From a virus, in IMG/VR virus record IMGVR_UViG_3300023184_004954, positions 3,092-67,091 of that record: a DNA stretch of 64,000 nt; one strand, 5' to 3'. The stretch's first letter is position 1. Every line of letters starts with the position of its first letter. The notes below the pieces were generated by a model. It searched no databases. It had not been told where the DNA came from and saw only the letters and a list, made by a program, of their open reading frames with translations. Shown here in pieces: positions 8,198 through 18,473 of this stretch. The translations under genes were made by a program, and so were the position numbers.

Positions 8198-8944
8198 ATG
8201 AAAACTCCACAAAAGATAATAGATAGTTTTTCAATTAAAAAAACTTTGAACCCAAAAGTATGGGAAAATCCTGAAGAACCTAAAACCGCAAAGATGAAGG
8301 ATAAGGTTAGAAAGGGTTTATTAAAAATTGCAGAAAAATTTACAGAAGAATTAGGCGAAGATGTGTTTGTTGATGATATTGTATTAACAGGCTCATTAGC
8401 AAATTTTAATTGGTCAGAATTTTCGGATTTTGATTTACACATTGTTATTGATTTTGAACAATTTGGAAAAGAAGGCGATTTATATAAGGAAAATTTTAAT
8501 CTTAAAAAACAAATTTTTAATGAAAAACACGACATCAAAATTTTTGGTTATGATGTTGAGTTATATGCTCAGGATTTGGAAGAGTCCCACTTTAGCACAG
8601 GAGTATTTTCAGTTATGGATAATGAATGGGTTAGTGAGCCGAAAAAAGTGAAGTTTGAATTGGATAAAAACATGCTCACAACAAAAATTAAACAATGGAC
8701 GGAAAAAATTGACAAGGGGATTGAAGAGTCAAAAGACAATGACGGAAAAATTTTAGATGATATTAGAGAAAAGTTAAAAGAGTATAGACAATCAGGATTA
8801 GAGAAAGAAGGTGAATTATCTTATGAAAATTTAGTCTTTAAATACCTAAGACGCTCGGGACATATTCAAAAACTTTTTGATGTAGTTAATAAAACAATGG
8901 ATAAAGAATTATCAATTGAAAGGAAAATAGAAGAATCTAAGTAA
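8198..8944 (+). CDS. Pol-beta-superfamily nucleotidyltransferase
   Basis: LTGSLANFNWSEFSDFDLHIVID (GS...DxD) and a third acidic residue in VELY. Confidence 0.8.
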   Translation: MKTPQKIIDSFSIKKTLNPKVWENPEEPKTAKMKDKVRKGLLKIAEKFTEELGEDVFVDDIVLTGSLANFNWSEFSDFDLHIVIDFEQFGKEGDLYKENFNLKKQIFNEKHDIKIFGYDVELYAQDLEESHFSTGVFSVMDNEWVSEPKKVKFELDKNMLTTKIKQWTEKIDKGIEESKDNDGKILDDIREKLKEYRQSGLEKEGELSYENLVFKYLRRSGHIQKLFDVVNKTMDKELSIERKIEESK

Positions 8945-8997
8945 TTATCAGATATTTATCTATTATCATATATTTATAAAGAAAAAAAACTCAAATT

Positions 8998-10224
8998 ATG
9001 GGAGATTTAAAACCGCTTGGTAGCGAAAAACTTCAAGGCCAAGACAAAATCAAAAGAATAATTGAAATTTCAAGATACAATGAGGTTAAACCTGCCATTG
9101 TTAACGAAAATTCAAAATCTGAATATAATATCACTTTATCTGATGGCAACGGATATGAAATCATTAGAGAAAGAGCTGGTTATATTATCAAAAAAACTAT
9201 TTCAGAATCTGAAACCGACTATATTGAACCGATGAAAAATAGAAAATATTATCCGTCGTATTCTCAAGCATTAAAGAGATTAAATCTTTTAACTAAAGAA
9301 ATTAATAGACTAACAGAAAACGAAGAAGGAACTTCACTTTTTGGTGAACAAAAGAAATTTGTTTTAAGGACTCCAAAACCCGAACCAAGTGATGATGCAC
9401 CAATGCCACCGGCACCTCCATCAGAACCACCTCCGGTTCCTTTACCTGAATTACCACCATCACCTGATGCAATGCCACCCGCTCCTGAAGGAGAGGAAGG
9501 AATGGGTGATGAAGGAATGCCACCAGCGCCTGAAGAAGGTATGGGAGACGAAGGAATGGGTGATGAAGGAATGGATAAAGGACAAGAAGAAGAAGTTACA
9601 TTTAAATCAATCCAAAAACTTACAGGGAAACTTACTCAAAAAATGAGAGAGTTTGACAATGAAAAAGGATTAACATCTGAAAACATTAAGTATGTTATAA
9701 ATATGGTTTTATCTGCCGCTGATTTATCAAGCCTTTCTGACGAAGATAAAGATGATATTATGTCAAAATTTGAAGGTGAGGAAGAAGGTGAAGAAGAGGG
9801 TGGTGAAATGGGCGGAGAAGAAGGTGAAATGGGCGGAGAAGAAGAAATTCCATCATTTGGAGGAGAAGAAGGAATGAGTGCAGAACCACAAGAAGGTTCA
9901 AGATATGGTTCTATAATTGATAGTATCTTTAAAGAATCAAAAGTAGATAAAGTTATTTCAAAATATTTTGATATAACAGAAAATGAAACAAAAATAATTA
10001 AAGAAAATAAAGATAGAACTCAAATCAGAAATAAATCTATTGCTAAACAGAAAATGGCTTCAGTTGTTAATTTAAGTGAAACTATTGAACAAGAATTAGC
10101 ATCAAGAAAATTTTTAGAAGAAAATTCTAGTTTTGTATTTGTTGGAAAAACAAATAAAAATAATTTAATTTTTGAAAACAATAAAAAACAAATTAAAATT
10201 TCACCTGACGGATTTATACTATGA
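8998..10224 (+). CDS. Hypothetical head-region protein with Pro- and Glu/Gly-rich low-complexity tracts
   Basis: 408-aa ORF in the operon leading to terminase; TATTTAT at 8953 and 8971. Confidence 0.75.
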   Translation: MGDLKPLGSEKLQGQDKIKRIIEISRYNEVKPAIVNENSKSEYNITLSDGNGYEIIRERAGYIIKKTISESETDYIEPMKNRKYYPSYSQALKRLNLLTKEINRLTENEEGTSLFGEQKKFVLRTPKPEPSDDAPMPPAPPSEPPPVPLPELPPSPDAMPPAPEGEEGMGDEGMPPAPEEGMGDEGMGDEGMDKGQEEEVTFKSIQKLTGKLTQKMREFDNEKGLTSENIKYVINMVLSAADLSSLSDEDKDDIMSKFEGEEEGEEEGGEMGGEEGEMGGEEEIPSFGGEEGMSAEPQEGSRYGSIIDSIFKESKVDKVISKYFDITENETKIIKENKDRTQIRNKSIAKQKMASVVNLSETIEQELASRKFLEENSSFVFVGKTNKNNLIFENNKKQIKISPDGFIL

Positions 10225-10613
10225 ATTTAATTTATATTAATGGTTTAGGACCAAATTTTAAAGGAGATAACATATATGAATTTATTTTTTCGGATGAAAT
10301 GGAAGTTTGGGGCGATAGTTGGGATAGTAAACCTTGTAATGGGTATCCACAACCACCTGAATTGAAATATATTAAAAAAGTAGGAGTTTTGAAGGACACT
10401 GATATTAAATTAGAACTAATTCAAAACTCCGATTATTTTTCTATGATAGATGCAACTGATGGTGTTGTTGCTTTGGGATGGGAAGAGGATGAAGATGTTA
10501 AAAAACCAAGAATGGTATTTAGATTTAACGACGAAGAACAAAAAATAAAAGATTTATTATACGAAAAGGATTTAATCCTTGAGTTTGAAAAAAAAGTTGT
10601 ATATGAAAAGTAA
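10221..10613 (+). CDS. Hypothetical protein
   Basis: 130-aa ORF, ATGA-coupled to the upstream gene. Confidence 0.75.
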   Translation: MNLIYINGLGPNFKGDNIYEFIFSDEMEVWGDSWDSKPCNGYPQPPELKYIKKVGVLKDTDIKLELIQNSDYFSMIDATDGVVALGWEEDEDVKKPRMVFRFNDEEQKIKDLLYEKDLILEFEKKVVYEK

Positions 10614-11280
10614 TAAAAAAGCATTAGAGTTGGTAGAAAAAGGTTTATCAACTAAAACAATTATAAAACTAACCGAAGCTCAAATTGATGTATTACATTC
10701 AAGATTATATAATGAGCAAGTTACCCAAACAAATAAACCTGTTTATAATGTAAAAGGAAGTGGTGGTAATGTATCAGTACCAATGCCAAAAGGGGCGTCT
10801 GTTACAAAAACACCAACAGGAGATGTTGTGGTTACACCAAATGAAGGTGAAATGAAAGAGGGTAAAGTTAAAAAAGGTGAACCAAATCCTTGGGCTATAT
10901 GCCACGCACAAGTTGGACCTAAAAAGTCAAGAAAATTTGAAAGATGTGTAAGAGAAGTTAAAAAAAGTTTGAAAGAAGGAAAAAATCCCGTATCTTTGTT
11001 TTTAGAAAACGAAATTATGAGAATAGTAGAAAAACATATTCCACCAAGAATAACTAAAGGTGATTTGATTAAATATCTATCAGAAGATGTTGAAACAGCG
11101 CCATCAAAACCAAAAACAAATCCTACAACAAAACCAGGAACAAAGCCAAGCACAAAACCAAGACCTAAACATCCGGGACAAAATCCTAACCCTGGTGAAA
11201 ACCCAGCTCCAAAAGCAATTTCACCTGAAAAGGCAAAAGATGAAGTAATTAACGCAATAATGAAATTATTAGAAAAATGA
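10603..11280 (+). CDS. Hypothetical basic protein (NPWAIC motif; IKLTE and LSE motifs)
   Basis: ATG at 10603 preferred to the TTG at 10579; Pro/Lys-rich tract. Confidence 0.7.
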   Translation: MKSNKKALELVEKGLSTKTIIKLTEAQIDVLHSRLYNEQVTQTNKPVYNVKGSGGNVSVPMPKGASVTKTPTGDVVVTPNEGEMKEGKVKKGEPNPWAICHAQVGPKKSRKFERCVREVKKSLKEGKNPVSLFLENEIMRIVEKHIPPRITKGDLIKYLSEDVETAPSKPKTNPTTKPGTKPSTKPRPKHPGQNPNPGENPAPKAISPEKAKDEVINAIMKLLEK

Positions 11281-12578
11281 GAAAAATAAAAGAACAAATA
11301 GATTACGGAAATCAACCTGAAAGAATGGACCCAAATTTGGAAAGAAAATTGGGAGACCCTGAGGGGATGTATGCAAAGAACCCTGCAATGAAAAAAGGTG
11401 TAGAAGATGTTCAAAGACTAGTATCAAGCAGATTTCAAAAAGTTACAGAAAAATTAAAACAAGTGACGGGAAATAGAGATTTAAGTTCTCGTCAAGTACA
11501 AGGAATGGTTTATAATGAATTGATGAGTCGAGTTCCCCAAGTTTTAAGTATAGAAAGCAGACATAGAGATGAACTTGAGCAATTGGCTGTAGAGGTTTGT
11601 TTAGAAGAAACCGAAACACCTGAAGATTGGTATAAAATTGAACCTAATTTAAATAGGACACCCATTGATGTATCTAATTTTAGATATGACGAAGAGGAAC
11701 CTGAAGAAGAGGAAGAAAAACCTGAAAAACCACAATATCCTTCTTTTGATATTGAAGATTTAACAGATGAAGAACAATTAGAGTTAGAAAAACACAAAAG
11801 AAATATTATAAATGCCATTATTCAAGGGGCGGCAAAAAAAGGACATTATGTTTTCCAAAAACCAGAAGTAAAAGCAAGATTAGACGCTATTGACCCAAGT
11901 CTTTATCAAAGTTATTTGGGGGTTATGGCAATCAATGACTTTATGTATTTTACAATGGAACAAATGATTGAACAGATGAGTCAAACAGGAAATGGTGTTG
12001 CTGGTAAAGTTGAATTAGACAATAATGATGATGAAGAAGAAGATGAAGGTGGTGGGGAAGAAGAAAAACCTGATACAGTAATTAGAGCATTTGGACTTAT
12101 GTTTCCAATCTTATGTCACGAAATTATAAAAGGTTTAGAAGAGGCAAAAGGAAGACACGGATTACCACAAGACCAAGGAATGAGAGACAAAGTTTTAGGA
12201 CAAACAGATATTTTATCAAATGAGCCAATGCAATTAAGAATTGGTCCTGAAATTGTTGAAAAATTAAGATTTACATTACCTGATGAAATGTTTGATGAAA
12301 GTAATAAAGGATTAATTAACTGGTTCCATATTTTGTTATATCAAATACCCGCTAAAGAATTTTTAACAATTATGGGAAATGTAATTTCTGAAGACCCAGC
12401 AAAAAATAAAAAAGCAACCTCAAGATTTGAAGAGATTATGCGTGAAGCAATGACTATGAAAAATGAATTTGAGGATTATCAAGAAGAAGAGGGGATTGAA
12501 CCTAAAAACAATGATGATGATGATGATGATGAAGGATTAGATGATTTCTTAGGTAGTTTAGGAATATCAAGACCATAA
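11277..12578 (+). CDS. Hypothetical acidic protein upstream of terminase
   Basis: 433-aa ORF, ATGA-coupled. Confidence 0.75.
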   Translation: MRKIKEQIDYGNQPERMDPNLERKLGDPEGMYAKNPAMKKGVEDVQRLVSSRFQKVTEKLKQVTGNRDLSSRQVQGMVYNELMSRVPQVLSIESRHRDELEQLAVEVCLEETETPEDWYKIEPNLNRTPIDVSNFRYDEEEPEEEEEKPEKPQYPSFDIEDLTDEEQLELEKHKRNIINAIIQGAAKKGHYVFQKPEVKARLDAIDPSLYQSYLGVMAINDFMYFTMEQMIEQMSQTGNGVAGKVELDNNDDEEEDEGGGEEEKPDTVIRAFGLMFPILCHEIIKGLEEAKGRHGLPQDQGMRDKVLGQTDILSNEPMQLRIGPEIVEKLRFTLPDEMFDESNKGLINWFHILLYQIPAKEFLTIMGNVISEDPAKNKKATSRFEEIMREAMTMKNEFEDYQEEEGIEPKNNDDDDDDEGLDDFLGSLGISRP

Positions 12579-12595
12579 AATTTATAAAAAACTAT

Positions 12596-12630
12596 AAAAC
12601 CCCTCCAATGAGCAATTAACGGAGGGGTTT
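12596..12630 (+). terminator. Intrinsic terminator
   Basis: aaacccctcc...ggaggggttt. Confidence 0.65.
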
Positions 12631-12644
12631 AGTATTTATAAGAT

Positions 12645-14405
12645 ATGACAAAAGAACAATTAATAATTGAGGTTACAAAATGTATGAGAGATACTCCATA
12701 CGCATTAAGAACATACTTACAAACATTTGACAATACTGTTTCCAAGTATGTTCCGTTGGATTTATTCCCAGACCAAATTACCTTAATTAATGATTATGAA
12801 AAATACAATGAAAATATTGCATTGAAGTATAGACAAGCGGGTGTATCTACAGTAACCGCCGCTTGGGCATCAAAAAGACTCGCATTTGCCAAAAAAAGTA
12901 AGCCTGAAAAAATTCTAATTATTGCAAATAAACTTGATACTGCCGTTGAGATGGCAAATAAAATTAGGGGGTTTACAGAACAATGGCCGGCTTGGGTTGG
13001 TATCGGGTTTTCCGCAGAAAAGAACGCAGCAAGACATTTTAAGTTAAATAATGATTGTGAGGTTAAAGCCGTTGCAACATCAAAAGATGCCCTTCGTGGA
13101 TATACCCCAACAATATTGATATTTGATGAAGCCGCATACATTGAAGCTGATGGTGATTTTTGGTCTGCTTGTATGGCATCACTATCTACGGGTGGTAAGG
13201 TAATTGTTATCTCAACACCAAACGGATATGACCCAATTTACTATGAAATATACGACCAAGCATTAAGAAAAATGAATGATTTCAAAATTTCTGAAATGTT
13301 TTGGTGGAAAGACCCAAGATATACCAAAGATTTATATGTTGTTAAAACTCCTGATATTATACATTTTTTCTTAAATAGAAATGAATATACCGAAGATTGT
13401 GTTATTGATTTATCCATAGATAACCCATATGAAAGAAATTTTGATGAATTAAAAAAATATATCTCTGAGGGATATAAGCCGAGCTCATCTTGGTATGAGA
13501 GTATGGTTAAAAAGTTGAAATTTGATAAGAGAAAAGTGTCTCAGGAGTTGGAAAGTAACTTTTTAGGTTCTGGTGACAACGTGTTTGACTCAGATTTGAT
13601 GCAGAACATACTTAAGAACCAAATTAAGGAACCCCAAGCTAAAATGATGGGTGGAAGTCTGTGGATATGGAAAGAACCTGAAATGGGACACAAATATGTT
13701 ATGGGTGTGGATGTATCAAGAGGAGATTCTGAAGATTTTTCATCTATTGAGATTATTGATTTTGATGAAAGGGAACAAGTATTAGAATATGTGGGAAAAA
13801 TCCCACCAGATGTATTAGCAGAAATTGCTTATAAGTGGGGGACTTTGTATAACGCATATTGTGTAACAGATTTAACAGGTGGAATGGGGGTTGCGACAGC
13901 AAGAAAACTACAAGAATTAGGATATAAAGGATTATATGTTGATAATGTTGAGGTTCAAAATAAATGGAAGTGGGACCAAAAACTTAATGAAAAAATTCCT
14001 GGAATAAATTTTAACAATAAAAGGGTTCAAATTATTGCGTCTTTTGAAGAAGCAATAAGACATGATTTCAAAATATATTCAACAAGATTATATAATGAAA
14101 TGAACACCTTTATATTTGTAAATGGAAGACCTGACCATCAGAAAGGACATCACGATGATTGTATTATGTCAATATCAATGGCATTATATGTCGGAGAAAA
14201 ATCATTTCAACAACTTACAAAGAATTTAAACCATACAAAGGCTATGATAAATTCTTGGGCAACCACAATAAATGAAAATAAAAATACTTCAGACTTCTTC
14301 AACCCATTAGTACCTCAAGGGAACACTAAGACAGGACATTATCCAAGCCAAGGACCGGGAAAAGAAGACTATCAAAAGTATGGATGGTTATTTGGAGGTA
14401 AATAA
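12645..14405 (+). CDS. Terminase large subunit (T4 gp17-like)
   Basis: Walker A-like KYRQAGVST, Walker B LIFDEAA, ISTPNG, nuclease motifs GVDVSRG and HDDC. Confidence 0.95.
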   Translation: MTKEQLIIEVTKCMRDTPYALRTYLQTFDNTVSKYVPLDLFPDQITLINDYEKYNENIALKYRQAGVSTVTAAWASKRLAFAKKSKPEKILIIANKLDTAVEMANKIRGFTEQWPAWVGIGFSAEKNAARHFKLNNDCEVKAVATSKDALRGYTPTILIFDEAAYIEADGDFWSACMASLSTGGKVIVISTPNGYDPIYYEIYDQALRKMNDFKISEMFWWKDPRYTKDLYVVKTPDIIHFFLNRNEYTEDCVIDLSIDNPYERNFDELKKYISEGYKPSSSWYESMVKKLKFDKRKVSQELESNFLGSGDNVFDSDLMQNILKNQIKEPQAKMMGGSLWIWKEPEMGHKYVMGVDVSRGDSEDFSSIEIIDFDEREQVLEYVGKIPPDVLAEIAYKWGTLYNAYCVTDLTGGMGVATARKLQELGYKGLYVDNVEVQNKWKWDQKLNEKIPGINFNNKRVQIIASFEEAIRHDFKIYSTRLYNEMNTFIFVNGRPDHQKGHHDDCIMSISMALYVGEKSFQQLTKNLNHTKAMINSWATTINENKNTSDFFNPLVPQGNTKTGHYPSQGPGKEDYQKYGWLFGGK

Positions 14406-14443
14406 GTATTTATATTATTAATTCATTGAATTAAATTTATATT

Positions 14444-16300
14444 ATGGCTGAAAATAAAAAAGAAAATATGACGATTTGGCAACGGTTAGGTCAAACATTT
14501 GGTCCCAATTCCTTATTAGGACAAGATTACCCTTCGTTTAGTCTTGATAAGAAAGAATTATTAAGAACCAAAAGTAAGGAAGAATACGAAAAAGAAAAAC
14601 TTCAAGCACAACAAACTTTCTATTTAGGACAACAATGGGCTAAAGTAGAAAACAATTTATACTCTCAAGCAGTTTATTATGAACCATCAAGGTTATCTTC
14701 CACATATGATTATGAAAGTATGGAATATACACCAGAAATTTCAGCAGCTTTAGACATTTATGCAGAAGAGTCAACAACAGTAAATGAAGATGGGTTTATG
14801 TTGCAGATTTATTCAGAATCAAAAAGAATTAAATCAGTATTGGCAGATTTATTTAATAATGTTTTAGATATTAATACCAATTTACCAATGTGGACAAGAA
14901 ATACTTGTAAATTTGGTGATAATTTCGTTTATCTTAAACTAGACCCTGAAAAGGGGGTTGTTGGTTGTCAACAATTACCAAATATTGAGATTGAAAGAAA
15001 AGAGGTTGGTATGGGAGATAGAAGTCCTGTTGATTTAGGAAAAACAGAGGCAAAAAAAGCATTAACTTTTACTTGGAAAAATAAAGCAATAACATTCCAA
15101 TCTTGGGAAATCGCTCACTTTAGGTTATTAGGTGATGATAGAAAACTTCCTTATGGTACTTCAATGTTAGAAAAGGCAAGAAGAATTTGGAAACAATTAT
15201 TACTATCTGAAGATGCAATGTTAATTTATAGAACATCAAGAGCACCTGAAAGAAGAATCTTTAAAGTATTTGTTGGAAATATGAATGATGAGGATGTTGA
15301 ACCTTATGTTAATAGGGTTGCCGACAAGTTCAAAAGACAACAAGTTGTTGATAAAAATACAGGTAATGTTGATATGAGGTTTAATCAGATGGCTGTTGAC
15401 CAAGATTACTTTGTTCCCGTTAGAGACCCAGCGGCACCAAGTCCAATTGAGACTTTGCCAGGTGCAACAAACTTATCAGAGATTGCGGATATTGAATATA
15501 TTCAAAAGAAACTATTAACCGCATTAAGAGTTCCGAAAGCCTTCTTAGGATTTGAAGAAGTTGTTGGAGATGGTAAAAATTTATCATTACAGGATATTCG
15601 TTTCGCAAGAACAATCAATAGAATACAAAAAAGTATGATACAAGAGCTAAATAAAGTGGCAATCATACATTTATTTTTATTAGGTTTTGAAGAGGAAATA
15701 TCAAACTTTACAATAGGGCTAACAAACCCATCTACACAAGCAGATTTGTTAAAAATTGATGTTTATAAAGAAAAAATTCTACTTTATAAAGATTTAGTTT
15801 CTGACCCAGGAAATGGTATTCAAGCAGTATCATCTACTTGGGCTAAAAAACATATCTTCGGATTCTCTGATGAAGAAATAAAAACAGACTTATTACAACA
15901 AAGATTTGAAAGAGCCATCGGTGAAGAATTGAAGGCAACCGCAACAATAATAACTAAAACAGGAATATTTGATACCATAGATAAATTATATGGTAATAAT
16001 GCCAGCGGTGGTACACAAACAGGTGGAGCAACACCATCAGGAGAAGAAACCGCACTACCATCATTTGGTGGAGAAAGTGGGGGAGCACCACCACCAGCCC
16101 CTCCAGGAGGAGAAGGGGGAGAACCTCCAGCAGAAGCGCCGCCAGCAGGGGGAGAAGTTACACCTGAATCTAAAATAGATAAATTAAATATTTTGGTGGA
16201 AAATAGGTTTATTGAAGGTGCACAAATTTTAGAATTTAAAACAGGACAAAATTCTTTAGATGAAATGGATTTAGAATTAGATAAGTTACTAAACTCGTAA
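14444..16300 (+). CDS. Portal protein (T4 gp20-like)
   Basis: LLSEDAMLIYRTSRAPERRIFKVFVGNM, DYFVPVR and IETLPG motifs; position after terminase. Confidence 0.95.
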   Translation: MAENKKENMTIWQRLGQTFGPNSLLGQDYPSFSLDKKELLRTKSKEEYEKEKLQAQQTFYLGQQWAKVENNLYSQAVYYEPSRLSSTYDYESMEYTPEISAALDIYAEESTTVNEDGFMLQIYSESKRIKSVLADLFNNVLDINTNLPMWTRNTCKFGDNFVYLKLDPEKGVVGCQQLPNIEIERKEVGMGDRSPVDLGKTEAKKALTFTWKNKAITFQSWEIAHFRLLGDDRKLPYGTSMLEKARRIWKQLLLSEDAMLIYRTSRAPERRIFKVFVGNMNDEDVEPYVNRVADKFKRQQVVDKNTGNVDMRFNQMAVDQDYFVPVRDPAAPSPIETLPGATNLSEIADIEYIQKKLLTALRVPKAFLGFEEVVGDGKNLSLQDIRFARTINRIQKSMIQELNKVAIIHLFLLGFEEEISNFTIGLTNPSTQADLLKIDVYKEKILLYKDLVSDPGNGIQAVSSTWAKKHIFGFSDEEIKTDLLQQRFERAIGEELKATATIITKTGIFDTIDKLYGNNASGGTQTGGATPSGEETALPSFGGESGGAPPPAPPGGEGGEPPAEAPPAGGEVTPESKIDKLNILVENRFIEGAQILEFKTGQNSLDEMDLELDKLLNS

Positions 16301-16322
16301 TATTTATAATAAAACTAATAAG

Positions 16323-17027
16323 ATGACATTTGGACAAATAAAATCTATAATTGAAAATCAATTAATAGAATCATATACAGACGGTAAAGAATTTAAAAAA
16401 TCTTTACAAGGATTCAAACAAGATGTTTTGAATAATAACACCATATCTAAGATTTATTCTCTTTATGATGATTTATCAACACCACAAGGTTTATCTGAAC
16501 AAGACGCATCAGAATTCCTAAATGAAGGTATTTCTTTACTTCAAACTTTAATTACTAAAATAAAGATTCCAAAAGGCCCTATTACGGAGATTAAAAACAA
16601 TTATCAATCAATAGATGAGTTGGTATATGTTACAGGTAAAAACATTCAGTTAACTGACAGATTAAATAATAAAAAACAAATAATTAAAACTCTAACTCAA
16701 TCAAAAAAAGAAATTAAAGAATCTGTAAATATTCCTTTAAGTTCTATGGTTAAGATTGGTAATCAAAAAATTAATGAGTATTTAGAAAATATGGATGAAT
16801 CCTCTAAAAAAGAATTATTTGATATCATCAAAGAAGATACAAAATCTTTAAAGATGAAATTTCAAACTCTTAAAGAAGACGCTTCAACAAAATTAAATAT
16901 CTTAATTGAAAATGAAAAAGACAATGAGGTTAAATCTAAATTAACAGAAACTATTTCAAAAATAAAATCTGAGAAGTTTGACCAAATGAATTATTTGAAA
17001 TTGAAAGAATTAGTTGAGTCTCTTTAA
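16323..17027 (+). CDS. Hypothetical head-assembly-region protein
   Basis: 234-aa helical ORF between portal and protease; late motif at 16301. Confidence 0.75.
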   Translation: MTFGQIKSIIENQLIESYTDGKEFKKSLQGFKQDVLNNNTISKIYSLYDDLSTPQGLSEQDASEFLNEGISLLQTLITKIKIPKGPITEIKNNYQSIDELVYVTGKNIQLTDRLNNKKQIIKTLTQSKKEIKESVNIPLSSMVKIGNQKINEYLENMDESSKKELFDIIKEDTKSLKMKFQTLKEDASTKLNILIENEKDNEVKSKLTETISKIKSEKFDQMNYLKLKELVESL

Positions 17028-17209
17028 GATTTTTTCATTTGTTCAACGTATCTTGCTTTAAGGATACGGTTCCTTTGTTTTACAGATTTTTTTATAAATT
17101 CTTTTCTTCCATTAAGTGATTGATTTTGTTTAGTTTTAATCACTTTAGACTTAAGAACCTTTAAAGATTTCTCAATATTTTCCCCTTTTTTTATTTCTAC
17201 TATTATCAT
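17024..17209 (-). CDS. rpsU: Phage-encoded ribosomal protein bS21
   Basis: 61-aa basic protein MIIVEIKKGENIEKSLK...RKEFIKKSVKQR...KARY, colinear with Bacteroidota bS21. Confidence 0.88.
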   Translation of the reverse strand: MIIVEIKKGENIEKSLKVLKSKVIKTKQNQSLNGRKEFIKKSVKQRNRILKARYVEQMKKS

Positions 17210-17294
17210 ATATTTTTAAATATAAAAAAAAATTTGATATTGTGTTTATTTAGCTATATTTTTATAAAAATAAACTATAATAATATGACTATTA

Positions 17295-17723
17295 ATGAAA
17301 AAAGGAAAAAGTGTAAAACTTAACTTATCAAATTCTTTCAAATCCATCTATGGAACTGTGGACTCCAAAAACTTAAAATCAATTTACATTAATATTCAAT
17401 CTTGGGTCTCTCCAAGAGAAGAAATGGAAAACTGGAATCGGATTGTGTGTAATTTCAGTAGAGAACTTAAACACACAGTATACGATTCAATAGACACTTC
17501 TATCTTTACCCCAAAATCAATTGTTGACTTAGACTTACGAACAAGTGGAATTCTTTACGGAAAAAAATCATTTTTAAATTTAGAAATTAATTTATTCTCA
17601 GATAAAGAATTGGACTTTAAATCAAATTACGTTAAAAACTCTATAAAAACAATAATAAAAAACATTCAAGATTCTAACATTTCCTCAAACAAATACTTTG
17701 AATTTACCCTCACAAAAAAATAA
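17295..17723 (+). CDS. Hypothetical protein
   Basis: 142-aa ORF divergent from bS21. Confidence 0.7.
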   Translation: MKKGKSVKLNLSNSFKSIYGTVDSKNLKSIYINIQSWVSPREEMENWNRIVCNFSRELKHTVYDSIDTSIFTPKSIVDLDLRTSGILYGKKSFLNLEINLFSDKELDFKSNYVKNSIKTIIKNIQDSNISSNKYFEFTLTKK

Positions 17724-17758
17724 CTCACAATACCTAATATTTATCTTAAAGTAAATTA

Positions 17759-18466
17759 ATGAAAAAACTAAGATTATTAGAAGCAAATGAGGTTGGTTAC
17801 GGACTTTTAGTTGAGATGGACGCAGGTTATGTTTCACCAAAAGACGAAATAAATGCAAAAATACTTCAAGAATCCACTAAAATGGATTATAGAAATCCTT
17901 TTGAATTTTACGCCGTATTACAAAAATATGACACCGCAAATAGAAACGGTAGATTTTATCCCGAAAGGATATTAAAGAGAGAAAGTGAAAAATATAAGCA
18001 AACAATCGCCAAAGGTTTATCAACATCAGAACTTAATCACCCTGAATCATCTTTAATTGATTTGGATAGAGTATCTCATATAATCACAGAGATTTGGTGG
18101 GATAAAAATATTCTAATGGGAAAGTTAAAATTATTAACCTCACCAGGATTTCACGAAAGAGGAATAGTTTCAACAAAGGGTGACCAAGCGGCAAATCTTA
18201 TGAGACAAGGTGTTACTTTAGGTATATCCTCAAGAGGTGTTGGCTCACTTAAAAAGATTGGAGAAAAAAATGAGGTTCAAGATGACTTTGAATTAATTTG
18301 TTTTGACTTAGTTTCCTCTCCGTCTACACCAGGAGCATATTTGTTTACCGATGCAAATGATAGAGACAAATATGAAGAAAATTTAGAAGAAGAAAAAAAA
18401 TCAAGTGGTGGAGTAGAGAAATCAGTTGACTTAATGAAAAAATTATCCGATTATTTAGAAAAATAA
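17759..18466 (+). CDS. Prohead core protease (T4 gp21-like)
   Basis: NRNGRFYP, ELNHP (His), ISSRGVGS (Ser) and DLVSSPS (Asp) motifs. Confidence 0.95.
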   Translation: MKKLRLLEANEVGYGLLVEMDAGYVSPKDEINAKILQESTKMDYRNPFEFYAVLQKYDTANRNGRFYPERILKRESEKYKQTIAKGLSTSELNHPESSLIDLDRVSHIITEIWWDKNILMGKLKLLTSPGFHERGIVSTKGDQAANLMRQGVTLGISSRGVGSLKKIGEKNEVQDDFELICFDLVSSPSTPGAYLFTDANDRDKYEENLEEEKKSSGGVEKSVDLMKKLSDYLEK

Positions 18467-18473
18467 ATAAATT

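Noticed and set aside
10743-11818. Minus-strand hydrophobic ORFs (223 aa and 102 aa)
   Set aside because: Antisense read-outs of Lys/Glu/Pro-rich low-complexity coding sequence
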